Source: Methanothermobacter thermautotrophicus str. Delta H (GTDB lineage Archaea > Methanobacteriota > Methanobacteria > Methanobacteriales > Methanothermobacteraceae). Taken from it: 32,000 bases of DNA. The notes beneath the pieces were generated by a model, which saw nothing but the letters and a program-made list of their open reading frames with translations, was not told where the DNA came from and searched no databases. Numbering within the stretch: the stretch's first letter is position 1; every line of letters starts with the position of its first letter. The translations under genes were made by a program, and so were the position numbers. The DNA lies in NCBI RefSeq assembly GCF_000008645.1, contig NC_000916.1:455594-487593 (forward strand). Direction: 5' to 3'. Shown here one piece after another: positions 9,813 to 17,254 of the stretch.

Positions 9813-10415
9813 TTAGAGTACTGCGAGTTCGCCGGCTGAGGTTATTTCAAGCTTTTCCCGGTCGATGAACCCCATGTCACGGAGTTCCCTTATGTGGTTG
9901 TAGGTCATCCCCCTGCTTATGCCTATCTTAACTGCAAGGTTTTTAACGGATTTTTCACCGGCCTTGAGCTCCTCAAGGACCTGTTTCTTTGTCTTGGAGA
10001 TTCCGAAGCTCAGTATCGGGAGGTCTATCAGTTCATTGTCCTCCTCAGTCACATAGACTATGCGCTGGACGTCGTGGTTTCTTGCGTAGCAGCCAAAGAG
10101 TGCGCCGAGTGCCTGGGTCTTCCTGCCCCCGCTTATGTTCACAACCACACGCCTTCCATGGGCCCTTTCCTCGTCTATGATCTCCACCATATCCCTTGCA
10201 ATGCTCACAACGTCATAGAGGCTGGTCTCAAAGGTTGTTATCTCGACGAAGTTGCCGAGGGTGTCCCTGAGAACCTGCTCCACCTGCTCCTTTTCCCTGG
10301 GAGCCTTGTCCTCCTTGAGTAAAACCACCTTTCGCGGTGAGAACTGTGTTATGCAGAACATCACCGGTTCAATGGAGTATATCGTGGATATAAGCGTGGT
10401 ATCCATTATTATCAC
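9813..10415 (-). CDS. CARF-domain + winged-HTH transcriptional regulator (Csa3-like)
   Basis: This is a 200-aa ORF. The N-terminal Rossmann-like half contains [16 protein letters not shown], which matches the CARF signature [DN]x[ST]xxx[RK] (N-I-S-G-G-R-K). The C-terminal half reads [42 protein letters not shown], an HTH/wHTH. Confidence 0.7.
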   Translation of the reverse strand: MIIMDTTLISTIYSIEPVMFCITQFSPRKVVLLKEDKAPREKEQVEQVLRDTLGNFVEITTFETSLYDVVSIARDMVEIIDEERAHGRRVVVNISGGRKTQALGALFGCYARNHDVQRIVYVTEEDNELIDLPILSFGISKTKKQVLEELKAGEKSVKNLAVKIGISRGMTYNHIRELRDMGFIDREKLEITSAGELAVL

Positions 10416-10824
10416 GTCCCTCCTGTTTTCCTATCCCAAAGTTTTGTTCACGGAAAACAATTCATCATATTTGAGTTTATATTCTCTGATTACTCTATAT
10501 ATAATTTTCCTATTTTGATTTTACATTCATAAAAAACGCTTTTTTCTATCAGATCATGAGGTATCCTGCAGGATTAAATTTACAGCTAGCAGCATTCATC
10601 ATCATACCTTGAATTTTAATTCATCCCAATATGGAGATGATGAGATTTCTCTGAGGATACCATGACAGTGAAGGATTGTATAATGAAGTTAATGAAGGCG
10701 GCATCCTACCAGTGAAAAAAAATTTCTTATCGATGTGGGTAGTATTTGATTATGTCAATAAAAAATGTTAATATTTAAATATAATGAGATGCCTATCATA
10801 TTTTAGATCCATTGATACATTGTA

Positions 10825-11160
10825 GTGGTGTGTATGAGGTTCAGGTACATATGTCACAGAAAACCGGAGCGAACATTCTCATTCAGGGGGCACTACTTCC
10901 CTGTTTGTTCAAGGTGTACCGGCATATACCTGGGGGCCTTCACCTATTTCCTGTATGCATTCCTCATACCTGTGAAGTACACAGCAGCCACTGTGCTTCT
11001 GGCATTGCTTCTTGTGATCCCCACATTCATTGACGGATTCACCCAGCTGATGGGTTACAGGGAAAGCAACAATGTTCTGAGATTCTCAACTGGCCTGCCA
11101 GCAGGTATTGGACTGGCAGTGCTCACAAAGGTCCTCAAACATCTCATACTCCACATCTGA
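10825..11160 (+). CDS. DUF2085-type integral membrane protein
   Basis: This is a 111-aa ORF. It reads [28 protein letters not shown] followed by hydrophobic helices, the pattern I know for DUF2085. The true start may be the internal MRFRY. Confidence 0.75.
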   Translation: MVCMRFRYICHRKPERTFSFRGHYFPVCSRCTGIYLGAFTYFLYAFLIPVKYTAATVLLALLLVIPTFIDGFTQLMGYRESNNVLRFSTGLPAGIGLAVLTKVLKHLILHI

Positions 11161-11193
11161 TACTCAATGGATCAAAAAGAGGAGGTATTTTAA

Positions 11194-11677
11194 ATGAGCT
11201 GGTGGAAGGAACAGAGTTCAGCCACCAAGGCCGGCGTTCCTCATAGGGGCACTGTGCCTTGGTATGATACTGGTAGTTGCGATAGTTGGAATGATGGCCC
11301 CGGATAATTCTCAGACCGGAGTAGAATCCGTAGATGAGAGTTCTGGGTCCACAGGAACTGAATCAGATATCGTGGTTGAGGACCTTCAGGTTGTCTCAGA
11401 GGGGTATGGAAGCTACTCTGTGAAGGGAAAGATCACTCCCAGCATTGACTTCTCCTACCTTGAAATGCACCTGAAGTGGTACGACTCAGAGGGGAACCTT
11501 CTCTATGATGACCCTCTGGCATGGAACATAAACAATGCCAAGGCAGGGCAGACAGTTAAGTTCAGTGCAGTTGACTATATTGACACAGGGACCCCCTCCA
11601 AGGTTGAAGTTATGATCTTTGACTCACTGGCAGCGGATGATAGCTCAGCCATCTACAGGACAACAGTGAATGTTTAA
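11194..11677 (+). CDS. Membrane-anchored FxLYD-like domain protein; frame interrupted near 11230-11245 as sequenced
   Basis: GAGGAGGT sits 8 nt upstream of ATG 11194, which opens MSWWKEQSSATKAG. That frame stops at 11307. The +1 frame reads FLIGALCLGMILVVAIVGMM (a full TM helix) and continues into track ORF 11264..11677, which has an ...EGNLLYDD... extracellular beta domain. Confidence 0.6.
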
Positions 11678-11692
11678 GGGAGGTGAACGGGT

Positions 11693-12007
11693 ATGGCGGA
11701 CGCTCCAGAAACATCAAGGACACTTGAACTTGTCCTTGGAGTGATAGGCGGGATTTTCGGTTTACTGGGAGGACTTTTTGCCATTGTTTTCTCGGTATTT
11801 GGACCCGAACTCCTGTACCTGGGTATGAGTGCAATTCTGGCCTCAATTCTGGGTATCATAGGATCTGTGTATGTGAGGAATAACCCCCGCAGGGGTGGTG
11901 CTGTACTCATAATAAGTGCAGTATGGCTCCTCATAAGCATATCTGCCTTTGCGATTCCAGGTACAGTTTTCATTGGTATCGCAGGAGTCCTTGCCCTCAT
12001 AAGGTAG
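11693..12007 (+). CDS. Small multi-pass membrane protein
   Basis: This is a 104-aa ORF with three Gly-rich hydrophobic segments (LELVLGVIGGIFGLLGGLFAIVF...). GGGAGGTGA lies upstream of the ATG. Confidence 0.7.
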   Translation: MADAPETSRTLELVLGVIGGIFGLLGGLFAIVFSVFGPELLYLGMSAILASILGIIGSVYVRNNPRRGGAVLIISAVWLLISISAFAIPGTVFIGIAGVLALIR

Positions 12008-12038
12008 GGCTCCACCAATTTTTTTATATGGAGGTATC

Positions 12039-12736
12039 GTGTTGAAAACTTGCTCGGAATGTGGATCAGAAAACAGGGATGGTGCAGCATTCTGTTCAAA
12101 ATGTGGATCAGAGCTTCCCCATGAAGACGGGATTAAAGGATGGTGGAAAAGGCAGAACAGATCCTCAAAGTTTCTTATCATCACACCCTTTGCCATTCTG
12201 GTCCTGATTCTACTGTTAGGTGCATTTACAGAGCCGTCCGGTTACAGCGATGTTAATTATGATGATGCAACAGTCTATGATAACGATGCAGCTGACGTTT
12301 CAGGCGCATCCAGCACAAAAACATTTGGGGAAGCGGAATCTCGTTCAGCTATCCAGACACATGGGAAATCTACATACCGGATGAGAGTAGTGATGATAAC
12401 GTTGTTTCCCTCAAGTCATATGAGCAGGGCATGGTTTCAATTCTTTCCGTATATAAGAGGCCAGCCACCGTGGACCTTGAGACCGAGCGCGATACGTGTC
12501 TTGGAGCCATCTATGAAAATGGGGATGATGTAACCTATGTTAAGAAGACCACTGTGGACGGTAACAGCGCCTACATCATAGGATCCTCATACTACTATGA
12601 GGGTGATGAAGGTGAACAGGAGTACGTGGTATTCATTGAAGGGGACTATGCCTATGATATCCTCTTTACAACCGATGACCTGTCACTTATACAGGATGAC
12701 ATAGATACCATAATATACAGTTTCAGGGTTGATTGA
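12039..12736 (+). CDS. Zinc-ribbon + TM + extracellular PsbP/DcrB-like (tentative) domain protein; frame interrupted at 12317-12330 as sequenced
   Basis: The N-terminus CSECGSENRDGAAFCSKCGSEL is a zinc ribbon, followed by the TM segment FLIITPFAILVLILLLGAF. After ...SSTKTF the -1 frame reads GSGISFSYPDTWEIYIPDESSDDNVVSLKSYEQGMVSILSVYK and runs into track ORF 12431..12736. The junction lies at the A5 (12317-12321) or G4 (12327-12330) run. Confidence 0.75.
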
Positions 12737-13286
12737 GGTGTCTGATAGGACCATCCTGGTAATTGTGGCTGTCATGGTTATCCTCGCCGGGGCGGCGGTG
12801 GCACTGCAGCTCATGGACACCTGCAGCACTTCAGGTGCCGGTGAAGAGGCTATCATCAAAAAAACAGATGATGGATACTACCTCAACCTCCAGGCAGCCC
12901 TGGAGCTTGCAGAGATGGACCCTCGCAATGGAACCGTGAACTACAGGGGCTTCAACTTCACCGGACCACAGCGCCTCTACATCTTCTCAAGGGCCGTGGT
13001 AATGATAGGATTCAATGACACTGGCATGATACACGTCAGGGATTACGGGGGACCTGAGGACCCCTACGGCTACCTTGACACCGCCACCCTCACAGAGAGC
13101 GAGTACCTTGACATGGCAGAGCGCACCTACACATGGATGGAATCCCATGGCAGAAGCCCCAACCATGTGGGGATCTACGTGAAGGGCTCACCTGATATAA
13201 CGCCAGAGCTTGCAGAGAAGATCTTCAGGGAGGTCCTCCTTGAATACATGAGGACAGGAATGCTCCCTGAAATCATAAGCGTCTGA
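12729..13286 (+). CDS. Membrane-anchored protein with a pseudomurein-binding-repeat-like C-terminus
   Basis: This is a 185-aa ORF with an N-terminal TM segment TILVIVAVMVILAGAAVAL. The C-terminus TESEYLDMAERTYTWMESHGRSPNHVGIYVKGSPDITPELAEKIFREVLLEYMRTGMLPEIISV resembles the PMBR motif of Methanobacteriales envelope proteins. Confidence 0.7.
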   Translation: MIEVSDRTILVIVAVMVILAGAAVALQLMDTCSTSGAGEEAIIKKTDDGYYLNLQAALELAEMDPRNGTVNYRGFNFTGPQRLYIFSRAVVMIGFNDTGMIHVRDYGGPEDPYGYLDTATLTESEYLDMAERTYTWMESHGRSPNHVGIYVKGSPDITPELAEKIFREVLLEYMRTGMLPEIISV

Positions 13287-13301
13287 AGAACCATTCCCTT
13301 A

Positions 13302-13308
13302 TTTTTTT
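13302..13308 (+). terminator. Oligo-T (T7) terminator
   Basis: The sequence cttaTTTTTTTaac lies about 16 nt after the stop at 13286. Confidence 0.45.
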
Positions 13309-13425
13309 AACAGGGATACCCATAAATCCTGTTACTGACAGATCAGAGAGTATCTGAATAGGTGCGTCAGCAGAACCAGAGAGAATAACTGTGAACCCCA
13401 CAGAATCACAGAGGGATGCGATAAC

Positions 13426-14127
13426 TTGAGAAGGAAACTGATCTTAACGCTACTTGTCTTAACCCTGATTACTGCAACATACTACCTTATGGACCCCTTT
13501 GCGCCCTCTCAGGGCATCCATGAGTCTCCAGATGATGTCATCGGCTCGGATGAACTTGGAACCGTTGAAAGGCTGGGACCCTATGGTAACCATGATTCAT
13601 CCATCAGGATAGCCATAATAACCGGCGTCCACCCCCTGGAGGCGAAGGCCCACAGTGCCATGATACAGGCTGTGGAGGAGAACTCAGACAGCCTCAGGTA
13701 CATGTACGTCATCTACCATGTGAATGTAACCCGGGCCCCATCAGACTATGAGAAGGGGAGGATGGCTGGCCAGATACTCGCAAGAAGGTACGTGGTCCCT
13801 GACATCTCGGCCGGAGACTACGACCTTGCCGTTGATGTGCACTCCAACAGGGGCAACTACGCCATGAGGAGGTTCGTATTCACACCACTTCCTGAGGATA
13901 GGAGCAGAAGGATAGCCCTGGAACTCTCATCGAGGATCAGCTGGCTATCCTACCACTTCCCGGAGTCGCAGACAAGCCCGGCCTATGTGACAGAACCCCT
14001 TATAAGGAACGGGACACCTGCAATCCTCTATGAAAACTTCATGTACCAGGACCAATCCAGGACACTTGAAAATGCCAGGGAATTCCTGATGACACTCGAC
14101 TCACTTGACGTGTCCATGTTCAACTGA
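13426..14127 (+). CDS. Membrane-anchored putative Zn hydrolase (M14 / succinylglutamate-desuccinylase-like HxxE...H signature)
   Basis: This is a 233-aa ORF with a TTG start and an N-terminal anchor LILTLLVLTLITATYY. It carries ITGVHPLEAKAH (GxHxxE) and DLAVDVHSN (a second His ligand). The family assignment is tentative. Confidence 0.55.
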   Translation: MRRKLILTLLVLTLITATYYLMDPFAPSQGIHESPDDVIGSDELGTVERLGPYGNHDSSIRIAIITGVHPLEAKAHSAMIQAVEENSDSLRYMYVIYHVNVTRAPSDYEKGRMAGQILARRYVVPDISAGDYDLAVDVHSNRGNYAMRRFVFTPLPEDRSRRIALELSSRISWLSYHFPESQTSPAYVTEPLIRNGTPAILYENFMYQDQSRTLENAREFLMTLDSLDVSMFN

Positions 14128-14228
14128 GAGAACAGCCACCACCGGATCAATCAGGAAGTCACCAGCGAAGGTCCCTTGAGAAAACCACCGCCAGATTAAT
14201 ATACGTGGTGGATGAAATATTATAGTCG

Positions 14229-14411
14229 ATGATACACTACAGAATGGACCAGCCAGACAGGGTGAGGTGCAGTGTCTGCGGCGGCATCGCAGATGAGGTC
14301 GATGAGACCTACCCTGAAGAGGGGGACTTCATCCTGGTGATCTACAGGTGCCGTGACTGTGGCCATCTAGAGAAGCGCCAGTACGGTAAACCCGTGAAGA
14401 TAATTGATTGA
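14229..14411 (+). CDS. Small Cys4 zinc-ribbon protein
   Basis: This is a 60-aa ORF with CSVCGG...CRDCGH. The next gene starts 9 nt downstream and has its own GAGGTGAT site. Confidence 0.6.
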   Translation: MIHYRMDQPDRVRCSVCGGIADEVDETYPEEGDFILVIYRCRDCGHLEKRQYGKPVKIID

Positions 14412-14420
14412 GGTGATCCA

Positions 14421-15107
14421 ATGGTTGATGTGTGCGGTGTTAATGGATACGATGAGATCTCAGGAAAACTGAAGGACCTCCTGGGGCTTGAAAAATCCCC
14501 GGTGGCAATTAAACTCGTTCTGAGGGAGGATGACCTCCCTGAGGGTGTTGAAAAGATAGGAAAACCAGCAAGGCACTGTGAAATGGTCCAGATGGCTGCA
14601 GCTGGTGAGGTATTCTATGCCACCGCAGAGGCCCAGGCATGCAAGGGAGGTGCCGATGCCCTCGGAATCGATGAGGCCCCTGAGAAGGTCAAAACAGGAG
14701 AGTTCTACTATGACCTTGGACGTTTTGCAAGCTTTGCATCAGCCAAGAGGACCTTCGATAGGATACCATCCGTTGACCTCAGGTTCTATGCAGCAGTCTA
14801 CGCTCCCCTCGAGAAGGCCACATTCGACCCTGACGTCATAGTGATAATCTGCAACCCTGCCCAGGCCATGAAGATCTCACAGGCCCTCGTATACACCCTC
14901 GGTGGCCGTGTGGAGGCAGACTTCTCAGGCATTCAGTCCCTCTGTGCAGATGCCGTTGCAGGGCCATACATGAGGAAGAGACCCAACATAACCATGGGAT
15001 GCAGCGGATCAAGGCAGTACGCGGGTGTGCGGGACGATGAACTCATTGTCGGTCTTAACGGTGAAAACATAGGATGTGTCCTTAACGCCCTTGAGGCCAT
15101 AAGCTAG
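14421..15107 (+). CDS. DUF169-family protein
   Basis: This is a 228-aa ORF. Its overall pattern (SPVAIKL...ARHCEMVQMAA...ACKGGADALG...GCSGSRQYAG) matches my recollection of the uncharacterised DUF169 / COG2043 family. Confidence 0.8.
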   Translation: MVDVCGVNGYDEISGKLKDLLGLEKSPVAIKLVLREDDLPEGVEKIGKPARHCEMVQMAAAGEVFYATAEAQACKGGADALGIDEAPEKVKTGEFYYDLGRFASFASAKRTFDRIPSVDLRFYAAVYAPLEKATFDPDVIVIICNPAQAMKISQALVYTLGGRVEADFSGIQSLCADAVAGPYMRKRPNITMGCSGSRQYAGVRDDELIVGLNGENIGCVLNALEAIS

Positions 15108-15127
15108 ACCATCATGGGGGTGATAAA

Positions 15128-15337
15128 GTGGTTGAGACGAAGACCTTCAGGATCCTTGAGGATGTTGCCGACCTTGAGGAGAAGATAAAGAAGTATGAGG
15201 GTGAGGCAGACCAGGAACTTGTGATCAACTGGATCTACGACACCCTTGAGATCCTCAGGAACGTCGGTAAACTCCTCGAGGAGGTTGAGGACCGTCTGGA
15301 TCTACTTGAAGAGGAGACCGAGGAAAAGAAATTCTAG
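15128..15337 (+). CDS. Small acidic coiled-coil protein
   Basis: This is a 69-aa ORF with a GTG start and GGGGGTGAT upstream. It is rich in heptad-like Glu/Leu sequence and is followed by a T6 run. Confidence 0.5.
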   Translation: MVETKTFRILEDVADLEEKIKKYEGEADQELVINWIYDTLEILRNVGKLLEEVEDRLDLLEEETEEKKF

Positions 15338-15352
15338 GTCTCCACCTTTCTA

Positions 15353-15358
15353 TTTTTT
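15353..15358 (+). terminator. Oligo-T terminator
   Basis: The sequence ctaTTTTTTctgg lies 15 nt after the stop at 15337. Confidence 0.4.
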
Positions 15359-15419
15359 CTGGGGAATGAAGAATAACTCCAGTTTTTCCATAATACCGCT
15401 GTTCTGGTGAAGGATAACC

Positions 15420-16085
15420 CTAATTTCCATCAGCATTGGTCCTGAGAAAATGGTCTCTTATCCTCAGGTAGTCACTGTAATGGTTTATGTTCACAAGCTC
15501 AATGGGGCGAGAGGCCTCCACACCATAGAGCCTCACACCGTCCTCCAGCATCATCCAGAGGAGGGGGTTTATGTTGCCATCCCCAAGGGGCAGGTAATCC
15601 CTGAGGAGATCGGCACCTGCTGCAAGGGGCATGCCGATCCCCCGGGCATTATCAAGCCAGCCACTCTCACCCCTCGCAAGGATTGAAACCGTGGACCCAT
15701 CAGCATGTTCAGCTATCCTCCTGAGGGTTGCAGGTGATACCGCAGGCTGGTCCCCTGCGGCACAGAGGATTATGTCCCCCCCTGCGGCCCTCACACCCCT
15801 CAGTAGTGACGCTGACAGGGGAACATCCACGGGGTCGTTTCTCACCACACGGACATCCATGCCTGAGAGGGCCTCCTCAACCTCCCCTGCCCTGTGGCCG
15901 GTCACGACTATGCACTCATCAACCCCCGCCGAGAGGACAGCCTTAACTGTGGCCTCTATGACGGTCACCCCATTGAGGGGGAGCAGGAGTTTGTGGACCG
16001 GTTCGAGGCCAAGTTCAGCCATATCCCGCATCATCCTGCTTCCCCTGCCGGCTGCAGCAACAACAGCTGAGATCATATTACCCAC
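15420..16085 (-). CDS. MobA/MocA-like nucleotidyltransferase (NTP_transf_3-type)
   Basis: This is a 221-aa ORF. It reads VVAAAGRGSRM (the LAGGxGxRM-type nucleotide loop) and ...LCAAGDQP.... The likely start is ATG 16076 (AGGTGG upstream) rather than GTG 16085, which abuts the preceding stop. Confidence 0.8.
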   Translation of the reverse strand: MGNMISAVVAAAGRGSRMMRDMAELGLEPVHKLLLPLNGVTVIEATVKAVLSAGVDECIVVTGHRAGEVEEALSGMDVRVVRNDPVDVPLSASLLRGVRAAGGDIILCAAGDQPAVSPATLRRIAEHADGSTVSILARGESGWLDNARGIGMPLAAGADLLRDYLPLGDGNINPLLWMMLEDGVRLYGVEASRPIELVNINHYSDYLRIRDHFLRTNADGN

Positions 16086-17254
16086 CTATGCCGGTTCAAG
16101 CCTGTATAACCTGGCGTATATCCTTGTATTGGCACCTGAACCCGTTGTCCACATCTCTATGAGTACCGGGTATTTCCCTGTGTTCCGGACCTTTATACCT
16201 GTTGCCGGGTTGAAGCCAAAGAGGACCGCATGGAACTCCCAGGTCATACCCCGCGGGAGGGGCATGCCAGCCGAGGTCACGATGGCCCTCAGGGCCCTTG
16301 CAGGTGGGCATGAACCATGGGATGCATAACCCCCGGGGGCTTCAGGGTCCCTTGATGCTGTGAATCTCACGGTCTCCTTACCCGAGGCCTCACTGCCAGG
16401 CGGGATTATGGTCCCGTTCCATGCTGAGGCGAAGGCCCTCGCATTGAAGGCCCTCCTGTTATCATCGTACTGGGGGTAGAATCCAAGGTAACTCACTGCA
16501 CTGGATACAAGGGACCTCCTGCTGTTATCAATGTAAACCATCACAGGTGAACCAGAGGGGTAGTTCTCCATGTACTCAAGCACGGTATCGCCAAAGAGTT
16601 TCTCTATCATCCCTGGAGGTACAGGGAGCCTTCCGTCGCTGAAGTTTGAGAGCTGGTAGTCCAGCGCAATCCTGTCGCCCTCATCGGCCCTCCTGTACCA
16701 TCTCTTTATCCTCTCAATGGATCTGTACCGGTGGGGGACTGTGCTGTTGCTTATGCTCCCTGCCGGTACAAAACGGACCCTTTTTCCATTTTCAACTATC
16801 TCCACACCATCCTTCCTTTTAACCCCGTAGGTGTAGGGTGTCTTGTAGGCCCAGAGGAAGGTGGGGGGCTCCTCCACCACGAGCCTCTCCCCCTGCACCC
16901 TGAGGGACCCCGGACCGCTGACGGCGGACCTGCCACTTGCATCCACACCCTCTGTCATCTCGGATATGGGGACATGAACGGCTCCTGTCAGCACGGCCTG
17001 GAGGAGGTTTGATGGGTTGAAGTAGTTGAATTCGTCAAGGATGTAGTCAGGGTGCAGCATGATGGGCACGCTCCTCACCCTGGACTCGTCGATGACGTCC
17101 TGGCCCTCAAGTACTGTACTGCCCAGGGCAGGGCCGCTATCTCCACAGGGTTCTGGGGTTCAACCGTTCCCTCAAGGTACCGGCCGCCAGCCGCTGCAGC
17201 TGCAACCAGAATTATTAAAATGATGACGTGTTTACCTGATAGACTCCTCAGCAT
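16086..17254 (-). CDS. Signal-anchored VanW-like domain protein; frame interrupted near 17122-17135 as sequenced
   Basis: ATG 17254 overlaps the end of Mur ligase C and opens MLRSLSGKHVIILIILVAAAAAGGRYLEGTVEPQNPVEIAALP. Adding one C in a C/G run joins this to LGSTVLEGQDVIDESRVRSVPIMLHP..., which is track ORF 16086..17078. The C-terminal part RAFNARAFASAWNGTIIPPGSE...GGYASHGSCPPARALRAIVTSAG...GIKVRNTGKYPVLIEMW resembles the VanW domain only loosely. Confidence 0.6.
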
